DNA from: Malacoraja senta
Taxonomy: Eukaryota
Reading direction: 5' to 3'
NCBI GenBank assembly: GCA_038087875.1
Contig: CM075986.1
Coordinates: 33,356,001-33,420,000 of the forward strand
Length of the DNA stretch: 64,000 nucleotides
Position numbers and translations under genes: made by a program. How positions within the stretch are numbered: the first letter of the stretch is position 1; the number at the start of each line of letters is the position of its first letter. Positions 13,101 to 26,051 of this stretch are shown here, one piece after another. The notes below the pieces were generated by a model. That model was not told where the DNA came from. It saw only the letters and a list, made by a program, of their open reading frames with translations, and made no database searches.

Positions 13101-15814
13101 TGCTCCAGGCCGCTGCCCCAGCTCCGGGTCCCGCAGTCTCCGCTCCAGGCCGCTGCCCCAGCTCCGGGTCCTGCAGTCTCCGCTCCAGGCCGCTGCCCCA
13201 GCTCCGGGTCGCGCAGTTTCCGCTCCGGACCACGCTGCACCAGCTCCAGGCCACCGCCGAAAGCCAGAACGCCGCACCAGCAAGTCGGGCCACCGCTGCC
13301 TCAGCCCCGAAGACGGCCAGCCTCTCGTTGGTAAGTCCTGGCTGGCTCTGCCTCCGTAGCCTCGGGGTCGGTCGCAGGTTGGAGGTCGTCAGCTCCGCCA
13401 TTAGGCTTCAGCGCAGACGGAGGCAGAGAAGGGGGATACAACACGAAAAAGTCACATTCCCCCGAAGGAAGAGACAGAGAACATGTTTCACCTCCCCTAA
13501 CACAACCCAACAAACTAAAACTTAACCAAAACAAGACAAAAAAAAACAACAGAAAAAAAGTAATATCATCCAGTTAAGCCATAACAAGTGATTTTTGAGC
13601 TCTGAGCAGTCCCAGCACCAGTTTAGTAATTTGGTAGATAACATGGGAGCTGAAATAGCCCATAGCAATGCATAACCATTATCATAGCCCCATCCAGAAA
13701 TCCAAATGTCTCCTGGGATCCCTGTAAATGGGACCTGAATAGTATTCAATTTTGAAATAGATGCATGCCATAAATATCCTAAAGAAATGGTATGTTAGAC
13801 AGTAACGAAGTTCCATATACTGAAGAATCTATGTTGCACATGCTAGTTAAATCAATTTTAAACTGACATCCTCCATCATTCATAATGCACAGGCCACGCC
13901 TGCCATAATACGTGCCCCTTGAGTTGACAATTCTGGCCAGCTTCCAGGGTCTGTCTCGAAAAGGTGACCCTGGCCATTGTACTGAGCCTGCCTCGAACGA
14001 CAACTCTGGCCATAACACTGGGCCTGCCTAGGAAGGCACTGCGGCCATAATTCTGAGCCTGCCTCGAAAGACAACTCTGGCCAATTTCCGAGCTAGTCTC
14101 GGAAGGCAATCCTGGCCGTAATACTGAGCCTGCCTCGAAAGACAACTCTGGCCCCAATTCCAAGCCAAGCTTGGTATCCTAGCATACTGTGCAATAATGA
14201 CCCAATCTCATGTTATCTTTCATTTGTACAAAAAATTTGTAAATTCCAATTTGTAAATGGTCCACTACCCCATGTTTAGGAGGAACCAAACCCACCTACC
14301 TCCTTGGTTACCTGTGATCTGTGGTAAGCCCAACAGTCCTTATGTGTGCTGGAAATCGAAGGTACACAAAAATGCTGGAGAAACTCAGCGGGCGCAGCAG
14401 CATCTATGGAGCGAAGGAGATAGGCAAAGTTTAGGGCCGAAACCCTTTCTGTGGGTTCTATTCCCGTCCTTGATTGGAGAGTGGGAAACGGTAGTGTATG
14501 AGGATTCCATATGTCCTGACCGGTTTGGACCTTGGCCTGAAAAGCCTTGCCCAGCTATCAAGCTGCCACCTGTTTCAGTGAACTGCTACTGCCGTTAAGG
14601 CGTGGGGTGTGTCGTCGCCGATACGATGAAGCTTTGTTCGTCGTTGGTACCTTGATCAGTCCGCCAACTTTAGCTTCCTCATCCAGGTATATCTGTTGGA
14701 TAAGTCTTACCTGAAGAGATTCGGCGGCTGGTTTCATTTCCTCCAATGTCACCCCTGATAGCGCTGTTCACTGCCGGAACTTGTAGCGTGAGGGAAAACT
14801 CTGGCCCCTCCTGGGTTTTCTGCCCACGGCAGTTACCCATTCGTTTGCGAGTATTTCCTTAGAGCCATATGCATATGCTCCAGTATGTTCCACGGACATA
14901 CTTTGAATTTGAAATCAGTTACACACTGACCACTCGCACTCCCCTCCAGAGAGGGAGATTCGTAGGCAGCCCTGAAAACAGGTGCTGCCGCAGGTCCCTG
15001 AGGATACCTGCGCTGACATGGCCTTCCATGGACCTATATCATGATTTTTTTTAATTTATTCTTTATTTCTTATATATTTTGGAGCTGACTCCAAATGCTC
15101 CCCTCCTCAGAGAGGGAGACATAGTGTAGCTGCCGTTGCCGTGCCCCCCACCCAGGGGACCCGTGGTGATAACTCCTTCTTTTGGAGTATATCATTGTGG
15201 AGCACCTCTCCATCAGGTGCTCCATGTGGGTTTGAACGTTCAAAGACGTTACCCATGAAGGAAGGGATCCTTTCCATCAGGAATCCTCCTGGCCCGACTT
15301 GTTTGAATCAACGGGGCCTCTTCCAATGCTCCCCTGCTCTGGGAGATATTATATCATGGCTACCCTCCAAGCGGGTGCCTAGGTGCTACCGGAACCAGTC
15401 TGAAGCCGCTGGCTCCATCCAGCGACTCAAAAGGCGAATTTTGACTGCCCCCGCTACCGCATTCCCGCGGTCTCGGTAGCGGGTTCCCGCGGTCCGTTTC
15501 CGGGATTCCCCGAGGTTATGACCGGGATTCCCTCTGGTCAGTGACTGGGGTTGCCCGCGGTCCATGAAGGTACCCCCGCGGCTGCCCGGACTTTGCCCCG
15601 AACCTCCGCAGGAAAAACCCTGAAAACAGGGAATCCTGCAAAAGAAACACATAACCTAAAAGTAAGTTTAAAACTTACCTTGGGGTTTAAACTTACCGCT
15701 GGCAGGAGCAGCGCCCTGCCAGTCCGACGTAGCGAAATGCGGTAGACGTAATGACGCGCATGCGGACTGACGTCCCTTCTTCACGTAGTCACTCACGTGA
15801 CTCCAAAGTAAAAT
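10109..15814 (-). mobile_element. DIRS1-type tyrosine-recombinase retrotransposon, copy 1 (degenerate, with nested inserts)
   Basis: Inverted termini (10109-10210 and 15752-15814) and an ICR at ~10324-10435 complementary to both outer ends. Remnants of YR, Dam-like MT (11655-11918, FYVVAPF..DWPMYPWF), RNase H and RT are present. Confidence 0.88.
12628..13560 (-). mobile_element. GC-rich non-autonomous LINE-tailed element with an internal ~40-bp tandem repeat, nested in DIRS copy 1
   Basis: Minus-strand 3' end gacaaataaaggaatctatctat. Internal repeats of gccgctgccccagctccgggtcccgcagtctccgctccag at 12950-13250. Similar architecture at 31890-32556, 46260-47050 and 51705-52240. Confidence 0.55.
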
Positions 15815-16499
15815 GGTCAACTCTTGAGTGGCCAAGTCATTCACCCGATCTGAACCCAATTGAGCATGCCTTTTATATGCTAGAGAGAAAACTGAAAGGG
15901 ACTAGCCCGCAAAACAAGCATAAGCTTAAGATGGCTGCAAAACAGGCCTGGCAGAGCATCACCAGAGAAGGCACCCAGCAACTGATGATGTCCATGAATC
16001 ACAGACTTCAAGCAGTCATTGCATTCAAAGGATATGCAACAAAATACTAAACAAGACTACTTTCATTTACATGACATTGCTGTGTCCCAAACATTATGGT
16101 GCCCTGAAATGGGGGATCTATGTATAAACACTGCTGTGATTTTTACATGGGGAAACCAAAATGTATAAAAATGGCATTTATTAAAATCTGACAATGTGTA
16201 TTTTAACCGCACATGATTTTTAAAAATTACAAATCTCAAATTGTGGCGTACAGAGGCAAATAAATAAATGATGGGCCTTTGTCCCAAACATTATGGAGGG
16301 CACTGTACGTGATAGGAATAGAATTAGGCCATTTGGCCCATCAAGTTTACTCTGCAATTCTATCATGGCTGATCTATCTCTCCCTCCTAACCTCATTCTC
16401 CTGCCTTCTCTCCTTCACCTCTGACACCCATAATAATCAAGAATCTAACTTACTCTGCCTTCTGTGGCAATGAATTCCACAGATTCACCACCCTATCCA

Positions 16500-17560
16500 G
16501 GCTTTTCACTATTTGGTAACTTCCCTCACCAGGTGAGGGAGGAAGTACAGGGACAAGTGTTCTCCCTCCCCCGCCTCCATCCAGGTACCTGTCCCTCCAG
16601 GGGAGACAGAGGCTCGCTTGCACCTACTCTAACCTAATGTACTACATCTGCTGCACCTGTAAATCGGTTAGACGAAGCATGGATGTTTTGCCCAATGATC
16701 TCGGTCAGCCAAGGCCAGTTGGATCTCCCCATTGCCAACCATTTTAGTTCCCATAGAAACATAGAAAATAGATGCAGGAGTAGGCCATTCAGACCTTCGA
16801 GCCAGCACCGCCATTCAATATGATCATGACTGATCATCCACAATCAATACCCCAATCTTTATCGGCCTCTACACATAATCAACTCGGCACTAGATCCGTT
16901 GATCACCCATTCCTTCTCTCCAGAGATGCTACCTGGCCTGCTGAGACACTCCAGCATTTTGTGTCCATCTTCGGTTTAAACCAGCTCCTTCCTGCACGGT
17001 CCGTCCACTGCGAAATCTCCCAGTTATGTCCACTTTGAAGAAGTGGACATGTACTGTGCCTCCTCCATTGCCAGAGTAAGGCCACACACAAACTGGAGAA
17101 ACAACACTTCGTATTCTGCTTAGGTAGCTTCCAACCTATCGGTATGAACATTGAATATTCCAATTTTAGGCAACCTCTAGCAAGCCCCCTCCCCTTCCAT
17201 GCCTTTCTCTCCCACCGACCCTCCCTTTTTCCCTTCCTCTCACCCCCCTCCCCTGTTCCCCACCTAGCATCTATTTCTCCCCTCTACCTACATTCTTTCC
17301 CATGGCTTCACAATTCAACTCTTCAATCCTTTTCCTTCACCTTTTTTTTAAATTTCTGGCTGTCTTTGTCCAACCACCTGCCTATTACACCACCACCAAG
17401 CCCTCCCCCCTCCAACTGTGTTCAACTCTAACCTACCACGCTTTGTCGTGCCCCATCACTCTTCCAGATTTATTTCCCAACCGCCTTCCAGATTCTGTCT
17501 GAAGAATGGTCTCCACCTGTAATGTCACCCATCCATTTTCTCCAGGGTTGGTGCTTGAGC
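16500..17560 (+). mobile_element. Penelope-like element remnant (GIY-YIG region and terminal repeat), with CR1 tail insert
   Basis: Degenerate LP.ANHF.S..H...LL.HCQS.A..KLE.QH..F.LGS.QP.GMNIEYSNF, the same peptide seen at 28520-28737. Confidence 0.65.
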
Positions 17561-19252
17561 CACTGAGTTACTGCAAGACTTTATTTTTTTTTAAACTGGC
17601 ATCTCTAGTTCCTTGCTTCTAAAGTAGTTGGAGATGTACAAATGAATCACTAATTTATCTAAAATAATTTTGTTGGATCTGCGGAAGCATGCCATACACC
17701 GTCTCTATCCCTATCTCCTTGTGTTGGCACTTTCTGGGAGTGCCAACTATACCTCAGTGATCACAAGGTTGCTGCTGTTTACTGTATACTTTGCTCTTAG
17801 AATTGACCTACCTCACATGTTTCTGGATTAAACTCCATCTGGCATTTCTCTGTATACACTTGCAGTTGATTGATATCCTTCTGAATTCTTTGATAATCTT
17901 CCTCATTCTCCACAACTGTCAATTATTATGTTGTATTCAACCTTACTAGCCTGCCCACCTACATCACATGTGCCTTAATCTTCTGGCTCAGCCTCCATGA
18001 GGGAGCCTTTCTTAATCAATGGAACATCAGTCATCTGGAACCTTGCCTGTGGCTACAGAGGATACAAATATCATTGATGGGATTTGTGTCACATATTTTC
18101 CAACTCCTTGACCTTTAGTTCAATACATGAGTATATGAGAACATGGGGAGAGTTTTTTTTTAAATGTGAGTGATGGTCAGCACAGATTCAGTGGGATAAA
18201 GGGCATGTTTCTATTCTCTATCACAAAGACCCTGTCTCCACAGGGAACAGTGCAAACAGAAGAGAAGACATTTTAAGTGCGTCTGTGGCTATCGAAAGAC
18301 ATGGGCATGACCCGACTCAACAGAAGGACATTGGAGAGACATCAGAAGAGACTGGTATGGACAAATATTTAAAATCTTATTGACTAGCCAAGGATACCCA
18401 AACGTTGACACAGTCACATAGAATGCAATTAGTATATTTGGTCTGGGGAATTGTTTACTGTTGATGAGTATAGTTCATTAAGGGAACATATTCTGATCAC
18501 TGTGGAGAGTGGAGGTCACAGAGATGGAATGAATTTCTGCTATTTGTCTTTAAATGAATAAATCATCGTCCTGAAGGTCTGATGAAAGTCTTTGACTTGT
18601 CATATCAGTTTGTTTCTCCCTCCACATTTGCTGCCAGTCTCATATTTGCAGGAGTTTCTGAAGCAACATCTGAGTTTTATTTTGTCTTACTGATTATGTC
18701 ATTGTTGTTTAGATGCCAATTTTGACTGAAGCCAAATTAATAGTAAGATTAAACGAGAACTTACCTAAGTTTGAAGTTTGATCTTTATTTTATGAGGAGT
18801 TACGTAGGTGATTACGTGAAGAAGCCCGTCAGTGCGCCTGCGCGTCAATCTTCAAAGCAGCGGTGTGAAATCACAAAAAACAAGAACCGAAGTAATATAG
18901 TCTCATACTAAAACGAGTAATACAAGAACTTCCATCTGACCTTTATGATAGAGGGTAGGGTCGTGGCGGGCACGTAATCACCTACGTAACTCCTCATAAA
19001 ATAAAGATCAAACTTCAAACTTAGGTAAGTTCTCGTTTAATCTTACTATTTTACTTCGGAGTCACGTGAGTGACTACGTGAAGATTTTAAAGCTTTGTGA
19101 TTTCATGCCGTGGATCAATCCCGGCTTCTCACTGCATAGATTGACTCGGAACGAGAATAATCAATCATGCATTCATAATAACATTTGTACCACAAATGCA
19201 GTAATTCATTTCAAGAATGAAATGAATCAGATCCCCTTTAAACCAGAGGAAT

Positions 19253-20440
19253 TTACACAGAACTTAAAATAGTTTCTGCAAACAACCCCGCATTAACAAT
19301 AGGCCGATGGTAAAAATGTTGAAACATCAACTCATTGGACCACCCGGCGGCTGCGAGGATATGGTCGACGGGCCCATCTTTTGCCCTGGCCGCCGACATT
19401 TCTGCTGCCCTAGTCGAGTGAGACGTAAAAACATAAGTGTTAATACCAGCAGCTGTTAAGACTTCTTTTATCCATCTGGAAATAGTCTGTATTGAAACTC
19501 TCTTGTGTGGTTTCTTGTGTGTGATCAAAAACCCAGTTTCCGTATTCTCAAATTCTTTGTGACCTCAATGTATTGTAATAAATATGTCTTAATACAAAGA
19601 CATGGATCATTTGGATATGCTGCCAGCATAATTTTAAATCCTGTCACACCTGGCCTAATTTGCTTTATTAGGTCATAGATATAGAATGTAACCTTGTCTT
19701 CAGTTACTTCCATACTATCTATTTGTAATTTTCCAAGTGTTTGCACTGGTTGTGCTGTCACTCATGCCATAAACATGAATACTTTCATACTGAGCTTGAC
19801 CAAAGGTAAAGACACACTTGATAACCATCACATAGAAACATAGAAACATAGAAAGTAGGTGCGAGAGTAGACCACCAGGCCCATCGAGCCCGCACCGCCA
19901 TTCGCTCATGGCTGAACACTAAACAGACACCCTTACCCACAAACAGTAGACACAAGACACAGAACACAAGACACTACCCTCCCCTTTATACCGCTATCAC
20001 CCCTCTCCACCCCAAGAACCGCGTGATCTCCTGGGGGAGGCAAAAAACCGGATAAAAACCCAGGTCCAATTCGGGAAAGAAATCCGGGAAATTCCTCTCC
20101 GACCCCAATCCAGGCGATCGACACTTGTCCAGGAGATCACTCAGGTCTTACTATCACGAAGTAGTTTCAGTACCACACTTACATCCCAGATTGTCACGTA
20201 CCTAGGTTTCGGTGGTTTGGAATTAAAGATTCCTTTCATTAGTCTGGAAACAATTGGGTGTGACCCAATTGAGTTTCTTTCTGAATCCAGAACCAAATAT
20301 GAGGACAATGCACTTCTGGCTGAATTAATTGCACTACAACTCAGACCTTCATCATAATAAAGTTTTGACAGAAATTCTAAACATTTGAAATATCTGCAGT
20401 ACTTTATTGCACATTCTTTTGTACCCAGAACTTTTCCCAT
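19253..20440 (-). pseudogene. DIRS tyrosine recombinase remnants, interrupted by a LINE 3' fragment at ~19830-20140
   Basis: SAINSARSALS (N-terminal SAM-like domain), ISRWIKEVL..AGI, FTSHSTRAA, ILAAAGWS..MFQHFYHR. Confidence 0.88.
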
Positions 20441-20557
20441 TTCTTAATATAAGAAAGGTACTGTTTTTGAGTGCTCTTCCTCCAGGCTGCCGTAAGCATG
20501 TCCACAGTATGCTCAGACAGTCCTCGTCCCAGAAAAGGCATTCTTAAAACCTGCAAA

Positions 20558-20938
20558 TCAACAAATCCAAACGATCATATAATGGATGTTGTTCCCCTGT
20601 ACAGGGAGCAGCAATAAATTACTCTTTTTTGGGACTTTCATCAACATTTGTGTTGTTAATTCTAATATCAACGGATACCATGGCTGTGTAGGCCAATCTG
20701 GTACTACCAATACCCTTGAAGCAGCATCTTGCCTGATTTTAAGCAAACATTGGCTTATGAGGCAGAAAGGTGGAAATATATATGAAAACATACCACCCCA
20801 ATGTAGCAAGAAAGCATCAATCGCCACTGCTCCTGGATCTGGTTTCCATGAAACATATCTCGATAGCTGATGATTCAAGTCGATGTCGGTCATTCCAAAT
20901 CTGATGACTATATCATTGAATACCTCTTGATTCAACAT
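20558..20938 (-). pseudogene. DIRS Dam-like methyltransferase domain remnant
   Basis: YVSWKPDPGAVAIDAF, YIFPPF and VVPDWPTQPWYP are the motifs typical of the DIRS MT domain. Confidence 0.8.
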
Positions 20939-20987
20939 CCATTCTTTATTATCATGGAACTTTTCGTGACTTGGTGTCTGCTATCGT

Positions 20988-22288
20988 TCATTCTACCTGG
21001 TAGATAGATAGCTGAAATCCAAATGTTCTTTTCAATACACCAAGCCCAAAGTTGATTAACCATTTTGTCACAAGACACCGACTTAATTCCATATCATTAA
21101 TATAAACAACTACTGTTGTGTTATCAATTTGAACTTGAACATGCTTATTAGTTGTGTTAGAACAATAAGCTTGGAGCCCATAGAAACATCCTAGAAGCTC
21201 CAAATAGTTAATTCCCCATGTCTGCAGTAACAATGACTCTTCCTGATTCCATCTGCCTCCTCAGCTAGATGTTAAGTCAGTTGCACCCCATCCTGGTGCA
21301 CTGGCATCAGTTTGTAATATCATGGAAGGTTGTTCAATCAGCACTTTGCTGGAACTGCTTGAGACATGTAGAATCCACCACTGCAGACCAGAAACAGCAT
21401 TTGTTGTTAGTTGCATGGTTCTATCAAAATGACCAACATGCATTCTCGGTGCCTGTTCTTTAAGTCTCTGCAGCTGTTGATAATGTAATGGTCCAAATTG
21501 GACTGCTGGGAATGCTGCTACTAATTTTCCCAGTACACGAGCCACCTGTCTAATTGAAGGTTTTTGCTCGTTTAGGAGATTACTGCAATCTTTAATCAAA
21601 TCCCCCCTTTTCCCTGGGCAAAGTGATATTCATTTGGACTGAATCAATTGTGAACCCCAAATAATTAATAGAGGTACATGGTGTTAACCTAGATTTCTGT
21701 GGATGAATTAGAAACCCCAACTTTTCAAAAGTTGATTTCACAACTGCAACAGATACTTCTGTTGACTGTTTTGTCTTTCCTATAATCAAGACATCATCCA
21801 AATATGCCATTAGTACATGCCCCTGGCTACTCAGCAAGCCCAGAATTGGTTTTAACAATTTTTGTGAATATTCTGAGTGCAGATATTAACCCATTAGGCA
21901 GAGCTTTGAACTGCCACAACTGGTTCATCCATTTAAATTTAAGATACTTCCTATCTTCTGAATGAACAGACACTGAATAATATGCATCTTTCAAGTCTAT
22001 AGTTGCCATATAACATGCTTCTGAAATAAGCTGTTTGGCAGTCACAAATGTTTCCATTTTAAAATGTCTAAATTGCACAAAAGGATTCAGATTTATCAAA
22101 TCTACAAGAATCCTACATCCTCCATCCTTTTTTGATCGAGGGAATATTTTTGACACAAATTGGTGACTTTGGTAGACTGATTTTTCAATAACCCCTTTTT
22201 TATATAGGGTTTCAATTGCAACCTGAACCTCCATCACTTCTTTTTGTACAAAGTGCAGAGTTCGGCTAGGAACATGCTGAACAGGCAA
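20988..22288 (-). pseudogene. DIRS RT/RNase H remnants (frameshifted)
   Basis: FVSKIFPRSKKDGGCRILVDL..LN, IDLKDAYYSV, LPNGL, AYLDD, LQTDAS..GWG, IDNTT motifs spread over ORFs 21827-22288, 21592-21858, 21261-21599 and 20988-21233. Confidence 0.9.
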
Positions 22289-24035
22289 TCATAATTTGGA
22301 TTGAATTCAATTCGAAATCCTTGTATATTATTCAGGATTACCACATCTGAAGTAATTTTCTTCCAATTATTATAGAAGAAATGTAACCTGCCTCCAACTT
22401 TTGGACTTAATCCAGTTAGTATGTTCCCATGAGAACCAGGTCCACCTACCTCTTGAGTCATTTCAGTACCCTGAGATTCCTGGGTTCTCCCGGAAGCACG
22501 CCCACTGGTTCTTGCTCCCGCTGCAGGCCGCCAACTACGTCCCTGCGTTGATGAGCGACTTGGTCCAGGATCCGTATGACGTCTGAAAGGATACTTCCTC
22601 TTTACAGACTTCACAACCATTGATGTCTTCATCGATCCTGTTTTCGCTTCATCTTCCAACTCTTTAATACGTCTCCCGAGATCTCTCCAAAGAGTAAGTT
22701 GGGTAATTTGTATATTACTTGGTTTGCAGAGTGCTGCGAATTTCGGATTCATAGTAGACCGTATAGCACTTCTCGAAGTGGGTGCTGCATAGCAACCCCA
22801 GTGCTTGCTGATGCAACTTCGTCATCTTTTGGTTGTTACCTGCTATTCTGGTAAAAGCAGTTATTCCAGAACCCAGCAGCTTTAATATTCTCTGCAACTG
22901 ATTCCAGATACTCTTGCAGTCTCATCCATTTCATGCTGTTCCAGCTAATGGTAAACCAAGTAATTTATTAAGGAGGCCAGTTCTTCCTAATGGCTCTCCT
23001 GACCCTGACGGGGCAGCGAATCCTACTACCAGGGTTGGAACATCTGGCAGCTGCCTTTCATCGCCTTGTACAGCCTCACCGTCAGAGTCGGGGTCTGAAA
23101 TCTCATGACCCGTAGCACGCTCCTCATTCCTGAGGGTGCATTCCATCAGCCCTGAGCCAGGTGCTGTTTAAGCTGCTCCTGCAGCTTGGATTACAGTACA
23201 CTCCTTCCTGAGTGAACTTTTGCTCCAACAACCTATGAAAAAGGCTTCTATTCGGGCAATACGCTCGAAAGCAGTATCTAGCCCTGTACCAGGAGCTGTT
23301 TGAGCTGTTTCCAGCAGCTTGGCTTTCAGAACACTCCTCACTGAGTGAACGTTGCTCCAACAGCCTGTGTAAAAGGCTTTCTATTTGGGCAATACGCTCT
23401 AAAGCAGTATCTAGCCCTGGAGCTTCTTCATTGCCTGGGACTCCCTCCGTTGGGATTTAAACTTTGTCTTTTGCCCGACAGGCACTGACTGTGTTTTCAC
23501 CAGCCCCAGGTCCACAGTCGCTATGCTCACCGCTGGCGACTGTACCGGGGTTTAGAGGCGGTTGGTCTCTAACCGCGGACTCCCGACTTTCCCGACTTCT
23601 GTCGGCTATGTCGCTCGCCTCTTCCCCCTGTCCGTTTTTTCCCATGGCGTCTGTGGAAAAAATCGCCATAGACCCACAGTAAACGGACCTGGAAAACCTG
23701 TAAAAAAGTTTTTACTTACCTTGTAGTTGAAAAACTACAAACCACTCGAGGAGCACTGCTCCTCACGTCCGTTTGCGTCAAGGCGTCTGACGTAATGACG
23801 CGCAGGCGCACTGACGGGCTTCTTCACGTAGTCACTCACGTGACTCCGAAGTAAAATAGAAAGAGTTTCTTCGTACAAGAGACTGCAGATGCTGGAATCT
23901 GGAGCAACAAACAATCTGCTGGAGGAACTCAGCGGGTTGAGCAGCATTTGTGGGGAGAAAGGAATTGTCAACGTTTCAGATCAATATACTGTGTCAGGAA
24001 AGAATTTGGCTCCTTGCAATAATAACCTGAAGCCA

Positions 24036-24171
24036 AAGGTACACAAAAATGCTGGAGAAACTCAGCGGGTGCAGCAGCATCTATGGAGCTCCATAGATGC
24101 TGCTGCACCCGCTGAGTTTCTCCAGCATTTTTGTGTACCTTCGATTTTCCAGCATCTGCAGTTCCTTCTTT
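24036..24171. mobile_element. Mini Penelope-derived foldback insertion with 14-bp TSD
   Basis: Perfect 106-bp palindrome at 24036-24141; ataacctgaagcca is duplicated at 24022-24035 and 24172-24185. Confidence 0.75.
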
Positions 24172-24839
24172 ATAACCTGAAGCCACTTGGGGGCAGCGGA
24201 AGACAGCTCCAAACATTGAAGGTGCTGTAATAGTAACCGACAGCCACTGGGTGAACAGTGGAAAGAACAGTGTAGGTCACAGTCAGATGGCATGTTTTCC
24301 TGCCGCCCGATTCATTCATAAACTATTACATCTCCTGATATCTTTAGATCTGTTGAAAGGCTATGACTTGAAACATTAGTATGTTCCTCACTCCCCAGAT
24401 GCTATCTGTCCTATGTTTCAGGGAGTTTATATTTCTGATTTTCAATCTGAGCAGCTTTTTGATTCGATGATAATTTCATTCCACCTGTCGAAGCTCTGAC
24501 ACCAATTTCAACTGAAGCCAATTCAACAAAGAACTGGATCTTTGCAATAATGTCTGCAACCACTGGGGGGGGGGGGGCAGAGGAAGACTACAAACATTGA
24601 GGCTACAGCCACACCGGCTGCTGTAAGAGCAACCAGCAGCAATGGGGGCTGTGGATGGTGTGGGTGAAACAGGGCACAAAAGGATTTCACTGTGCCTGGA
24701 GGTCCTGAGATGGCAGGAGCTCTGAGCTCTATAATGCTTTTCAGAGTCTGAAGAAGGCTCCCGACCTATAATGTCACCATTCCATGTTCTCCAGAGATGC
24801 TGCCTGACCTGCTGAGTTACTCCAGCATTTTGTGTCTTT

Positions 24840-25560
24840 TCTTTGGATAGTCGGAACCTTTTTCCCAGGGTGGGGATGTCAAAACCAAGAGGGCATAGCT
24901 TTAAAGTGAGAGGGGGGAAATGCAAAAAATGTTCAGGATATATTGTTTACACAGAGACTGGGGGTGCCTGGATCACGCTGCCAAGCTTGGTGGTGGAGCC
25001 AGATAAACTAAGAGGCTTTGGGAACATGGACATGCAGGGAGTTGAGGGATATGGATCACCTGTAGACAAACAAGATTAGTTTAACCTGGCCTCATGTTCG
25101 ACACAGGTGGGATGAAGGGCATCGTCCTGTGCTGGACTGTGTTATGTTCAGATAAATATGTCTTTGACAGTAAAAAATAACAACTGCTGGAGGAACTCAG
25201 TGGGTCAGTCGGCATCTGTGGAGGGAAATGCACCGTCGGATCAAGATCCTTCCTCTCATAAAAAAAAGATGGACAGAGAAATGACAAGGTATTGATTCAT
25301 CAGTTAGTAACTCACGGAGATGGCAGAGCTTTAGCCAGAGGTTGATGAATCTGTGGAATTCTTTGCCACAGAAGGCTGTGGAGGCAAAGTCAGTGGATAT
25401 ATTTAAGGCAGAGATAGATTCCTGATTAGTACAGGTGTCAGAGGTTATAGGGAGAAGGCAGGAGAATGGGGTTAGGAGGGAGAGACAGATCAGCCATGTT
25501 TGAATGGTGGAGTAGGCTTGATGGGCCGAATGGCCTAATTCGACTCCTATCACGTATGAT
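24840..25560 (+). mobile_element. CR1 LINE 3' fragments
   Basis: LFPRVGMSKPRGHSFKVRGG and QRLMNLWNSLPQKAVEA-type RT C-termini with CR1 3' UTRs. Confidence 0.7.
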
Positions 25561-26051
25561 CTTTACAACAGGATATCTAGGACATTTTATATACTCCTGG
25601 TTTAGCTTTTGGTTCTGTTGCAACTTCCCTGTGACACAGTGCCTGTTCATCATCCAAGACTGCTGTCGCTTATTTGTATTTGTGGTTGGCCTGCAGTTCA
25701 AAATAATTATACATTTGAAGCCAAGAACAACCACTTGTATTTACAGAGTGGCATTAATGTGGGTAACCATGACAAGGTGCCTTACAGCAAGATATGCCAG
25801 ATATCAGGTCATGGTTGGAGATGGATGGCAGGTGAGACAGAGTGTGGTCTACGGAGCAGTCAAGAAACTATGCGTAATTCCATTAGGAAGATATGCTCAA
25901 TGATTTGGATCAACATATACAGATTATATCGAGAAGTCTGACAAGGAGCCTATGACAGAGTGGTGGGCATGGAAATGGCGTCAATAGTATGGATTTAAAT
26001 TAATGAGAAAGAGTGAGACACAGAATTACACGTTTAAATTAATAGTTAGAC

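Larger units (their letters stand above)
8932..16305 (+). mobile_element. Tc1/mariner element with long IR/DR-type TIRs, interrupted by a DIRS insertion
   Basis: TA|CAGTGCCCTCCAT at 8930 and ATGGAGGGCACTG|TA at 16305. TIRs are about 250 bp with inner and outer direct repeats. Transposase motifs are WTDETK (~9757), QQDNDPKH (~10050, frameshifted) and WPSHSPDLNPIEH (~15830-15870). Confidence 0.92.
18739..23857 (-). mobile_element. DIRS1-type tyrosine-recombinase retrotransposon, copy 2 (best preserved)
   Basis: ITRs at 18739-18848 and 23796-23857, ICR at ~18971-19085, and gene order gag-RT-RH-MT-YR on the minus strand. Confidence 0.93.

Noticed and set aside
12796-13525. Pro/Ala/Gly-rich ORFs on both strands
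   Set aside because: Derived from a 40-bp tandem repeat inside a nested repeat element.
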